The notes beneath the pieces were generated by a model. That model ran no database searches and had not been told where the DNA came from. It was given only the letters and a program-made list of their open reading frames with translations. From NCBI RefSeq assembly GCF_050586345.1, contig NZ_JBOCEF010000042.1, forward strand, positions 5,362-45,361: 40,000 nucleotides of DNA, given 5' to 3'. This DNA comes from Rhodovulum sp. DZ06. GTDB taxonomy: Bacteria; Pseudomonadota; Alphaproteobacteria; Rhodobacterales; Rhodobacteraceae. Both the position numbers and the translations under genes were made by a program. This document shows, one piece after another, positions 8,102 through 15,678 of this stretch; position 1 is the first letter of the stretch; the number at the start of each line of letters is the position of its first letter.

Positions 8102-8466
8102 GCCGCCTCTCCCATCCTGGTCGCGCTCAGCGCCCGCGCATAGGCCCGGATCAGGGCGATGCGGATAAAGGGCGTGCACAGCATCCGGTCGATCAGAGCG
8201 GCGTCCGAAGCGAGCGCCGCGCCGCCCGAGTCCACGACCCCTTCGAAGCCAAGCACCACCGCGCGCAGGAACTCCCTGACGCCGCCGGAGGTCGAGGTGC
8301 CGAAGGCCGCGGCCTCATCGTCCCTCAGGGCGCGAAAGCGCGTCTGCAAGACCTGTTCCTGGTGGCCGTCATCGACGGGAACCAGGACCTGAACGGCGTG
8401 GGTGAACTCGGGGTTCGAGACGAACGTGAACATGGGGCTGCGGACCTCTTCGACTACGCAGTTCAT
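8098..8466 (-). CDS. hypothetical protein (pattern reminiscent of siphovirus tail-assembly-chaperone families)
   Basis: High GC3 and ATGA coupling at both ends. FTHAVQVLVPVDDG...LQTRFRALRDDE...FLRAVVLGFEGVVDSGG resembles the TAC layout. This is a recalled pattern only. Confidence 0.5.
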   Translation of the reverse strand: MNCVVEEVRSPMFTFVSNPEFTHAVQVLVPVDDGHQEQVLQTRFRALRDDEAAAFGTSTSGGVREFLRAVVLGFEGVVDSGGAALASDAALIDRMLCTPFIRIALIRAYARALSATRMGEAA

Positions 8467-8699
8467 TCCGCGTCCTCCGCTTCGGTCGCGTCAGCCAGAA
8501 CCCCGAGGGCGAACGCGATGGCGCCGCTCAGCTGGCGCCCTGCGCCCTCGGCAAGGGTAAGGTCAACCGCCCGGACAGAAGACGCATGGAAGGACTTCGT
8601 CCCGTCCGCGTCGGTCTTGGTGAACAGCCAGGGCCGCACGGAACCGGCGGGCGTTTCCACGGCGTCTTCCAACAGGAGGGCCGTCGCATCCCGTTCCAT
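8463..8699 (-). CDS. hypothetical protein (78 aa)
   Basis: AGGAG lies upstream of the ATG at 8699. GC3 is high and the stop overlaps the next start (8463-8466). I recognise no family. Confidence 0.45.
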   Translation of the reverse strand: MERDATALLLEDAVETPAGSVRPWLFTKTDADGTKSFHASSVRAVDLTLAEGAGRQLSGAIAFALGVLADATEAEDAE

Positions 8700-8723
8700 G
8701 TGCTCCTGCCAGGCCCGAGCATT

Positions 8724-8816
8724 CTACAGCGTCTCGGTCATGATGGTCGCGCCCTGCGCCGCGGCCTCAAGGGCCTTGCGGAGCGCGTCGATCTTGTCGG
8801 CGTCGGTCATGGTCAT
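8724..8816 (-). CDS. possible micro-ORF (28-30 aa)
   Basis: A GAGGAG RBS lies immediately after the MuB-like stop. It reads ATGACCATG... MT(M)TDADKIDALRKALEAAAQGATIMTETL; the second ATG (8810) has better spacing. It is too short for the ORF track. Confidence 0.3.
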   Translation of the reverse strand: MTMTDADKIDALRKALEAAAQGATIMTETL

Positions 8817-8825
8817 CTCCTCACG

Positions 8826-9641
8826 TCATCTGCTGCGGCGCGACGCCTGCGGCCCGCCCTTCATGGTCAGGCCCTCGGCCAGGATGGCGGCCCGGATCGC
8901 GGCGCCGTCCGGCGCGGCGCCCCCGGCGAAGTCCGCCGCCGCGGCGAGAACGTTGACCACGGTGCGCAGGCTGCCGCGCCCGCGGGCCACCGCGTCCAGG
9001 GCGGCGAGCGCCTTGGCGTCCGTCACGCCCCAGCGCGCGGCCAACAGCGCCGCGTCGCCCGCGCCCACGCTCTTGAGCGTCAGCGGGCGGCGCATCCGGC
9101 TCCACAGCTGCGGCATGTCGGCGATGATCGGCGAAAGGGTCGTGTCGCCGATGAAGGCCAGCGCGAAGCCGCCTTCCTCCTGCATGGCCCGCAGCCACTC
9201 GAACCCCGCCCCCATCAGCCGGGACTTGCCGTCGTACTCGTGCAGGTTCTGCGCTTCGTCCACCAGGACGATGCAGGACTTGCCGACGATGCGCGCCAGG
9301 TATTCGCGCCTCTGGGTGAGGGAGCCGTAAGAAGACAGCGCGCTTTCATGAAAGCCCATGGCGTTCAACAGGTTGTAGGCGATGTTCCACGGGCGTCCCT
9401 CGCCCTTGGCGACCCGCAGATAGACCGCGTCCTGGGCGCCGAGCTCCTCGCACAGGTGAAGCAGCGCTTCGGTCTTGCCGATGCCCGGCGCGCCCGAAAT
9501 CATCGTCACGCCCCCGTTCGCGCCGGAGCGGACGAGGTTCAACGACCTGAGAATTTCCGCGGCGGTCTCGGTCATCACGAACCCGCCGGGCTGCGCCTGC
9601 GGGGGCGCCTCCGGCTTTCCAAGCCTCACGACTTCTGCCAT
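8826..9641 (-). CDS. MuB/TniB-like AAA+ ATPase (transposition target-selection protein)
   Basis: Walker A is GAPGIGKTE and Walker B is IVLVDEAQNL. It sits directly downstream of the transposase. GGAGGA lies 4-5 nt before the ATG at 9641. Confidence 0.8.
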   Translation of the reverse strand: MAEVVRLGKPEAPPQAQPGGFVMTETAAEILRSLNLVRSGANGGVTMISGAPGIGKTEALLHLCEELGAQDAVYLRVAKGEGRPWNIAYNLLNAMGFHESALSSYGSLTQRREYLARIVGKSCIVLVDEAQNLHEYDGKSRLMGAGFEWLRAMQEEGGFALAFIGDTTLSPIIADMPQLWSRMRRPLTLKSVGAGDAALLAARWGVTDAKALAALDAVARGRGSLRTVVNVLAAAADFAGGAAPDGAAIRAAILAEGLTMKGGPQASRRSR

Positions 9642-9708
9642 ATCTTCCTCCGTTTGTGGGTGCGGGCTTGGCCCGCGCGCATCGGTCTGAGGGGCGTTGC
9701 CGCGCCTC

Positions 9709-11643
9709 TCAGACCACCTTCTTCCCCATGGCCGCGAGACGTGCGGCGATGGCGGAATCTTGATTTCTCAACATCTCGTCGGGGATCATTTCGACAGGCT
9801 CGCTCCGTTGGACCGCCTTGGCTGGCAGGTCGCGCAACGGTCCGCCGGACCGTCCCGCCACGACCCGCTCCGGTCCGGGCGCCTGGGGGGACGGCGCCGG
9901 AAGGTCCGCCAGCGCCGCCTCAAAGGCGTCTTCGTCCAGGCAGGCGTTGGCCGCGTCCGCGCGGGCGACCAGGTCCCGCGCCGCCTTGCGATTCCGCGCG
10001 GCGTCGCGAATGCCGTCCGCACTGCCATATGCGCCGGGCTTGATCGCCTCGATGCCCTCGCAGATCAGGCGCCCGTCTTCGTCAAATGCGCGCGCTGGCG
10101 CGGAGAAATCCGAAGGATCACGGCCAATCAGCAACCGCCGCCCGTCGCCGTGGTGCTTCATAAGGGCGTCCTGCGTCTCCATCCCGCCATGGGTCCAGCC
10201 ATCAAGCGTGACCCGCCCCCAGCGATCCACCGCGGCAGGCGTGTAGATCAGCCCGGCAAGGTAGAGCTGGCGCGCCGTCGGCTGCCGCCGCCGCCGGGCG
10301 GACAACCCCGCCTCGAACACCGCCTGGTAGGAACGGCCGCGCGCGCCCTGAGACCGGCGCCCGGTTTCGCGGTTGTAGCGGTGCACTTCGCGCCGAAGCA
10401 CGTCCTGCGCAAACTCGATTGGAACCGGGCGAGGATCACCGCCAGGAGCTTCGCCAGGATTATGCCCCGTGTGCGCTCCTGCGAACTCCGGGCGGTCGTC
10501 AATCACGCGCGAAAGCGCGGCGAAGGTCCGTTCTGCAATCTTCGCCTGCGCGTTCTTCGGCAGGGCGAAGTGCAGCTTGATGCCGAGATGATCGCAGATG
10601 CCGAGGGGCCGGACCTTCTGAAGCTTCGCGCCTGCGTTGCGGAAGCGATGCACACTGCCTCCGGCCACAAGATGACCCGCAAAAGCAGACCCGTTGTCGG
10701 TGTAGAGACGGTCGAAGATGCCGTAGCGCTCGCAGGTCCGCCGGATCAGGCGCACGGTCGCGGGGGCGTTCTCGGACTTCGACACCTCGAAATCCAGGAT
10801 GTAGTTGGACGCCACGTCCACCAGTAACAGGATAGTAGCCTGCACCGGCTGACCGTCTCCATAATGGACCCTAAAGTCGAGGTCTCGACCGTTAAGCGAC
10901 ACCCATTCGAGCACGCCAAGGCCGCTCTTGTCGCGAAGCGCGGGCTGCGCCAGGCGGCGGTTGGCCTCGTCCTTCCCGTGGCGGGCGACAAGCTGCTGGG
11001 CGAGGGGCAGTTCATGCCAGCGGCGGTTCACGGTCGGGTAGGACGGCCAGTCCCACCCGCGCTTCGCCGCCACGTCGCGCACGTCGCGCCACGCCTGCTG
11101 AAGCGGAAAGTCCGGGGCCGCCTTTTGCACCGTGGTCATGAAGAAGGACCACGCATCCGGCGTGATCGGCTTGCGCTCCGATCCGCCCTTGCGGTCAGGA
11201 AGCAGGGCGGGCGCGAAGTTGATCGGATCCACGCCGCGCACCGCCTTCAAGTACCGCTTCAACGAGGCCAGGCAGGCCCCTTTAACGCCGAATTTCGCGT
11301 GCACCAGGGCGAGCCGGTCCGCCCATGCCGTCGGTGCGCCCGGCGCCACCAGAAGGCGCATCATCGCCGCCCGCCGCTCCGCCTCGCCCCGCGCCCAAGG
11401 GGACGCCGCCAGGAACCGCGTGTGGGCTTCGTCGTCGTACTCGCCGGGGTGCAGGGTCTTCTCCGACAGGTCGCGCGCCAGGTAGGCGCGCCGAACGTCG
11501 TCGGGCAGGTCGGAGAGGGAGAAGACGAAGCGGCCGGCTTCTTCGGAGTACGGAATATTGTTCCGGGCCAGCCACTTCCGCGCACCGAATGGTGTTGTGG
11601 GAAGGCCATCCAATCCGGTGATAACTCTGACGGAGAGTTTCAT
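9709..11643 (-). CDS. Mu-like DDE transposase (MuA family), 644 aa
   Basis: rve-type core blocks are present (LYTDNGSAF; ALPKNAQAKIAERTF), with N-terminal DNA-binding regions. The ATG at 11643 overlaps the ner-like stop (ATGA at 11640-11643). The size is close to MuA. Confidence 0.85.
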   Translation of the reverse strand: MKLSVRVITGLDGLPTTPFGARKWLARNNIPYSEEAGRFVFSLSDLPDDVRRAYLARDLSEKTLHPGEYDDEAHTRFLAASPWARGEAERRAAMMRLLVAPGAPTAWADRLALVHAKFGVKGACLASLKRYLKAVRGVDPINFAPALLPDRKGGSERKPITPDAWSFFMTTVQKAAPDFPLQQAWRDVRDVAAKRGWDWPSYPTVNRRWHELPLAQQLVARHGKDEANRRLAQPALRDKSGLGVLEWVSLNGRDLDFRVHYGDGQPVQATILLLVDVASNYILDFEVSKSENAPATVRLIRRTCERYGIFDRLYTDNGSAFAGHLVAGGSVHRFRNAGAKLQKVRPLGICDHLGIKLHFALPKNAQAKIAERTFAALSRVIDDRPEFAGAHTGHNPGEAPGGDPRPVPIEFAQDVLRREVHRYNRETGRRSQGARGRSYQAVFEAGLSARRRRQPTARQLYLAGLIYTPAAVDRWGRVTLDGWTHGGMETQDALMKHHGDGRRLLIGRDPSDFSAPARAFDEDGRLICEGIEAIKPGAYGSADGIRDAARNRKAARDLVARADAANACLDEDAFEAALADLPAPSPQAPGPERVVAGRSGGPLRDLPAKAVQRSEPVEMIPDEMLRNQDSAIAARLAAMGKKVV

Positions 11644-11858
11644 GCGCGACCCTTGCTGACCTCGGCTTCCACTCGGGCAATGAGGGCGTCCGCTTTCCGA
11701 CCCCGCCAACGACCGAAGTAGGCATCCCGCACGTTCTGAATATGCGTGCCGTTTTCCCTGCACCATTCGGTCAGTGTCGTACCCCGCAGGATGAAAGCGG
11801 CTCGTGCCCGCTGGTAGCGAGCTTGGTTTGCGCACATTCCTGTGTTAGGCACTGACAT
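11640..11858 (-). CDS. Ner-like small DNA-binding regulator
   Basis: A 65-72 aa protein sits immediately upstream of the transposase and is coupled to it, divergent from the repressor gene. The start is ambiguous (11858 or 11837). The call rests mainly on position and size, with weak similarity to Ner/Nlp. Confidence 0.55.
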   Translation of the reverse strand: MSVPNTGMCANQARYQRARAAFILRGTTLTEWCRENGTHIQNVRDAYFGRWRGRKADALIARVEAEVSKGRA

Positions 11859-11922
11859 TGAACCGACATACCTCCGGAGTTACATCGGATCGTATGCTAG
11901 GCGTGCAAAACGGTGGTTGCCA

Positions 11923-12441
11923 ATGCATGACGAGTCCAGCCCGTCCGAACTTGTGCTCAGGCTGCACCAGCTGAGGGTTGAGCGAGGCGTGACCATCCAA
12001 GCGATGGCCGAACTGTGCGGGCTGCCTAAGAGTACGCTAGAGAGCTACATGAAGATGAAGGCCGCGCGCAGGCCCGGACTTGATGCTCTGATTGCAATAG
12101 CCAATGGAATGGATGTAAGTATTGACTGGCTTGTTGGGCGCGCATCATCAAAGGCACTTGATGAGGATGCAAAGAGAAAACTGGCCGTTGCCGCCTATGA
12201 TGCGACCGTCCACTTGCTGCAACAGCTCTGCAAAGCGCAAGCGGAAAGCAGTAAGCCAGTGATATCCGAGGATAGGATTGCAGGGCGAACCATCGACCAT
12301 ACCGCTGTCTTGGCCATGCTGGATTTCGTTGCGTCTTCAGGGCTGTTCGCAGCGCCTGGTGGGCAGGCTGGCCGTACCGATCTGCGCGATGTGGATGCCG
12401 TGCTTGAGGTCATCGAGGCAAGGCAACCGGCAACTGAATAG
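11923..12441 (+). CDS. phage repressor (c-like), HTH_XRE N-terminal domain
   Basis: LRLHQLRVERGVTIQAMAELCGLPKSTLESYMK...LIAIANGMDVSIDWLVGR is a classic XRE helix-turn-helix. The gene is divergent from ner/A/B at the element end, as in Mu. I see no S24 peptidase motif. An alternative GTG lies at 11842. GC content is markedly lower (estimated mid-50s %). Confidence 0.8.
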   Translation: MHDESSPSELVLRLHQLRVERGVTIQAMAELCGLPKSTLESYMKMKAARRPGLDALIAIANGMDVSIDWLVGRASSKALDEDAKRKLAVAAYDATVHLLQQLCKAQAESSKPVISEDRIAGRTIDHTAVLAMLDFVASSGLFAAPGGQAGRTDLRDVDAVLEVIEARQPATE

Positions 12442-12547
12442 TTGCCAAGCGCCCGAGCGACGCGCACAGGGCCCATTGAAATCATTGAGTTTTTCCAAAG
12501 GCCGCTCGCGCGGCCTTTCGCGTTCCTGCCTCCTTCACGGCCAAATC

Positions 12548-12638
12548 GGCTCATGTGGAGTGAAATGGTATCCCCTCAACTGTCTGAAATCATTGCATCT
12601 AGAAATTCGCCGCGGCTCATTTGACCTGAAAGCGCTCA
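12548..12638. repeat. repressor-proximal (Mu L-end equivalent) terminal region with three putative transposase-binding motifs
   Basis: The three sites are GGCTCAT-N6-TGAAA at 12548-12565, TCAACTG-TC-TGAAA at 12576-12589, and GGCTCAT-N6-TGAAA at 12614-12631. The region ends ...GCGCTCA at 12638. These are inverted copies of the motifs at 4438-4477. Confidence 0.6.
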
Positions 12639-12734
12639 CGGAAGCTGCCGCGTCCTTCCCCCCCCGCCCCGCGCGGCCCATCCCTCGCCCCATCCGCTCC
12701 CTCGCGCCCGCCGCGCCCCGCGCGGCGCGGGCGC
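12639..12734. repeat. 96-bp direct repeat, copy B, abutting the element terminus at 12638
   Basis: cggaagctgccgcgtccttcccccccc...gcgcggcgcgggcgc aligns with 4335-4430. Confidence 0.85.
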
Positions 12735-12909
12735 CCGAGCGGGGGGCTTGCCCCCCTCCGAGGGCGGCCGCCCCTCCCCCCACAAGGGCAAGGGCGAAAC
12801 CGTTTCAGCCCCCGCGACGCCCCGCCCCGGCGCCATAGGCGGGGTTGACCCGGCCCGGCGCAGCGCTTCCATTGCTCCCGACCCGACCGCCGCGAGCAGG
12901 AGCCGACCC

Positions 12910-13833
12910 TTGACCCAGATCCCCGCCTCAATCGACGAGATGCAGTCCGGCCTCGCCGATGTGGGCTATGTCGCCGACCGCGCCCTCGCCACCGTCGCCT
13001 TCCTGTCGCTCAAGCTCGGCCGCCCGCTGTTCCTCGAGGGCGAGGCGGGCGTGGGCAAGACCGAGATCGCCAAGGCCCTCGCCGCCATGCTGGGCCGCCG
13101 CCTGATCCGGCTGCAGTGCTATGAAGGCCTCGACGCCTCCTCCGCGGTCTACGAATGGAACTTCCCGGCGCAGATGGTCGCCATCCGCACCGCCGAAGCC
13201 ACAGGAGTCGGGGGGGGCGGCGCCGACCGCCAGCGCCTGACGGATGAGCTGTTCTCGGACGAATTCCTCATCGCCCGCCCGCTGCTCGAGGCCATGCGCC
13301 CGCAGGAGGGCGGCGCGCCGATCCTGCTGATCGACGAGCTCGACCGCACGGACGAGCCCTTCGAGGCGTTCCTGCTCGAAGCCCTGTCGGACTTCCAGGT
13401 GACGATCCCCGAGCTTGGCACGGTGAAGGCCGAGGAGCCGCCCATCGTCATCCTCACCTCCAACCGGACCCGAGAGGTGCATGACGCCCTGAAGCGCCGC
13501 TGCCTCTATCACTGGGTCGGCTATCCCGATTTCGAGCGCGAGCTGGAGATCGTCATGGCCAAGGCCCCGGAGGCGCAGGAGGCGCTGTCGCGCGAGGTCG
13601 TCGCCTTCGTGCAGACCCTGCGGACCGAGGACCTGTTCAAGAAACCGGGCGTGGCCGAAGCGATCGACTGGGCGAAATGCCTCGTGGCGCTCGACGCCAT
13701 CCAGATGTCGCCGCAGGTCATCGCCGACACCCTGGGCGCCATCTTGAAGTACCAGGATGACATCGCGAAGATCCAGGGCTCTGAAGCCACGCGGATCCTG
13801 GAAGAGGCCAAGAGGTCGCTCGAGCCCGCGTAA
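12910..13833 (+). CDS. MoxR-family AAA+ ATPase (CoxD-like)
   Basis: Diagnostic blocks are LFLEGEAGVGKTEIAKALA, RLQCYEGLD, YEWNF and ILLIDELDR. I propose a TTG start at 12910, 8 nt after AGGAG (12897-12901). The track start at 12748 would read through the flanking repeat. Confidence 0.85.
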   Translation: MTQIPASIDEMQSGLADVGYVADRALATVAFLSLKLGRPLFLEGEAGVGKTEIAKALAAMLGRRLIRLQCYEGLDASSAVYEWNFPAQMVAIRTAEATGVGGGGADRQRLTDELFSDEFLIARPLLEAMRPQEGGAPILLIDELDRTDEPFEAFLLEALSDFQVTIPELGTVKAEEPPIVILTSNRTREVHDALKRRCLYHWVGYPDFERELEIVMAKAPEAQEALSREVVAFVQTLRTEDLFKKPGVAEAIDWAKCLVALDAIQMSPQVIADTLGAILKYQDDIAKIQGSEATRILEEAKRSLEPA

Positions 13834-13854
13834 GAACGGCGGGGAGGTTTTCGG

Positions 13855-14250
13855 ATGGACTGGCTCAGGCGCTTCGAGACGCGACGCCGCAAGATGACCA
13901 GGGGCGAGATCCTCGCGCTTGTCGGGATCATCGCCGCGGCCACGGTCGCCGATTGGGCGCCGGAGGCCGCCGGGCGGCCCGCCGCGGGCGGCGCCGCGTC
14001 GCTCTTCCTCATCATGCTCGGCTGCCTTGCGCTGTTCGCCGGCTGGACCCTCGGCGGCGCGCTGGCCTTCAGCGCGCCCCGGGCGGCGGCCGCGGCGGCG
14101 TCCGCGTTCACGGGCGAAGCGCTTCGCGACCGGCTGGGGCGGCTGACGAGCGTCCTGGCGGGCCTGGCCGTCTTCGCCCTGTGCGGGCTGGCCGCCTGGG
14201 CGCTGACCCGGAAGATGCGCGCGCGCCGCTGCGCCCCGCCCCAGGACTGA
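13855..14250 (+). CDS. hypothetical membrane protein (about 3 TM segments)
   Basis: GGGGAGG lies upstream of the ATG. Hydrophobic segments include ILALVGIIAAATV, LFLIMLGCLALFAGWTLGGALAF and LAGLAVFALCGLAAWAL. It sits between the MoxR and VWA genes. Confidence 0.5.
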   Translation: MDWLRRFETRRRKMTRGEILALVGIIAAATVADWAPEAAGRPAAGGAASLFLIMLGCLALFAGWTLGGALAFSAPRAAAAAASAFTGEALRDRLGRLTSVLAGLAVFALCGLAAWALTRKMRARRCAPPQD

Positions 14251-14287
14251 CCGCCCGGCGCGCGCCGGGCGACGACAAGGAAACGAG

Positions 14288-15550
14288 ATGGCTGATTTCG
14301 CCGACCTGGGCATCCCCGAGAACGGGAAGCTGGAACACAACATCATCCATTTCGCCCGGGCCCTGCGCAATGCGGGCCTGCCGGTCGGCCCCGGCCGCGT
14401 CACCGACGCCATCCGCGCGGTCGAAGCCGCCGGGTTCACCTCGAAGCGCGATTTCTACCACACCCTCGCCGCCTGCTTCATCTCGAAGCCCGAGCACCGG
14501 CAGGTTTACGGCCAGGTGTTCCGCCTGTTCTGGCGCGATCCGCAATTCCTCGAGCACATGATCTCCATGCTCTCGCCCATGGTCCGGGGCGTGGCCGAGC
14601 CGCACAAGCCGAAAGACGCCGAGAAGCGCGCCGCCGAGGCGCTGCTGGAAGGCGCCGACCAGCCGCCGCCCCCGATCAAGGAGCAGGAGGAGGAGGGGCG
14701 CGAGATCGAGATCGACGCGACGCTGACCTTCTCGGCCGACGAGAAGCTCAAGACCCTCGATTTCGAGCAGATGACCGCGGCCGAGCAGGCCATGGCCCGC
14801 CGCGCCATCGCCCAGCTGCGCCTGCCGGTCAAACCCATCCAGTCGCGCCGCACCCGGCCCTCGGCCCAGGGCCGCCGCCCCGACTGGCGCGCGACCATGC
14901 GCGACGCGATGCGCCATGGCGGCGAGATCCACGAGCTGAAGATGCGGGCGCGGCGGGAACGCTGGCCGAACCTGGTGGCGCTCTGCGACATCTCGGGGTC
15001 GATGTCGGGCTACAGCCGGATGCTGCTGCATTTCCTCCATGCCGCCGCCAACGCCAAGGGGGCGGGCTGGGCCAAGGTCCACGCCTTCACCTTCGGCACC
15101 CGGCTGACCAACATCACCCGCCACATGCAGGCGCGCGACGTCGACGCCGCCCTGCGCGCCGCGGGGGCCGAGGCGCAGGACTGGGAGGGGGGCACCCGCA
15201 TCGGCGCCTGCCTCGAGGAGTTCAACCGCGACTGGTCCCGCCGGGTGCTGGGGCAGGGGGCGGTGGTGCTGCTGATCACCGACGGGCTCGACCGCGACGA
15301 CCCGGAGCGGCTGCGCGCGGCGGCCGAGCGGCTGCACCTGTCCTCGCGCAAGCTGATCTGGCTGAACCCGCTGCTGCGCTGGGACGGGTTCGCGCCGAAG
15401 GCGGGGGGCGTGAAGGCGCTGCTGCCGAACGTGGACAGCTTCCGCGCCTGCCACAACGTGGACAGCCTGCAGGATTTCGCCGACGCGCTGGGCAAGCCGG
15501 ATGACAATGGCGACAAGCGCCGCCTGATGGGGCTGCTCGAGAAGGGCTGA
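14288..15550 (+). CDS. VWA domain protein, CoxE-like
   Basis: The conserved N-terminal region reads FARALRNAGLPVGPGRVTDA. The VWA/MIDAS region reads ALCDISGSMSGYS ... LLITDGLDRDD. An AAGGAA RBS is present. This is the typical partner of a CoxD-like MoxR ATPase. Confidence 0.85.
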   Translation: MADFADLGIPENGKLEHNIIHFARALRNAGLPVGPGRVTDAIRAVEAAGFTSKRDFYHTLAACFISKPEHRQVYGQVFRLFWRDPQFLEHMISMLSPMVRGVAEPHKPKDAEKRAAEALLEGADQPPPPIKEQEEEGREIEIDATLTFSADEKLKTLDFEQMTAAEQAMARRAIAQLRLPVKPIQSRRTRPSAQGRRPDWRATMRDAMRHGGEIHELKMRARRERWPNLVALCDISGSMSGYSRMLLHFLHAAANAKGAGWAKVHAFTFGTRLTNITRHMQARDVDAALRAAGAEAQDWEGGTRIGACLEEFNRDWSRRVLGQGAVVLLITDGLDRDDPERLRAAAERLHLSSRKLIWLNPLLRWDGFAPKAGGVKALLPNVDSFRACHNVDSLQDFADALGKPDDNGDKRRLMGLLEKG

Positions 15551-15678
15551 GGCGGGGCGGCATTCACGCCGCGCTCATCCCAGCGCCGAAACCGCCCGGT
15601 TTCCGCCGCGACCCCGGCGCCCGCGCGCCGCATCCTTCCCTTGCGGCATTTGCGCCGCGGACAGAGGGGAGGACGACC

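Larger units (their letters stand above)
4431..12638 (-). mobile_element. Mu-like transposable element (mini-prophage or candidate satellite), 8,208 bp
   Basis: The termini are TG (4431-4432) and CA (12637-12638). The terminal inverted repeat is TGTCTGCTTTCATATCAGTTGACC versus the reverse complement TGAGCGCTTTCAGGTCAAATGAGCC (17 of 25 match). It carries Mu-type c/ner/A/B/gemA/mor genes plus gpT and gpI homologues. All genes except the repressor are on the minus strand. Confidence 0.8.

Noticed and set aside
8586-10043. A 485-aa plus-strand ORF inside the element.
   Set aside because: It runs antisense to the MuB-like and MuA-like genes, and its translation is Arg/Gly/Pro-rich with no motifs.
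4426-12643. Search for a conventional 5-bp target-site duplication at the TG/CA termini.
   Set aside because: The flanking pentamers are ggcgc and cggaa. Shifting the boundaries by a few nt does not produce matching 5-mers while keeping the inverted-repeat alignment.
12748-12909. Upstream extension of the MoxR ORF through the flanking repeat.
   Set aside because: It would translate the 96-bp repeat and the GC-rich spacer. An AGGAG RBS plus the TTG at 12910 gives the N-terminal length typical of the family.
12910-15550. The MoxR AAA+ / VWA pair as a possible conflict or defence system.
   Set aside because: The signature blocks are CoxD/CoxE-like, and the pair is followed by XdhC and a MocA-type fusion. 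This is the standard molybdoenzyme-maturation context, so I see no need to invoke defence.
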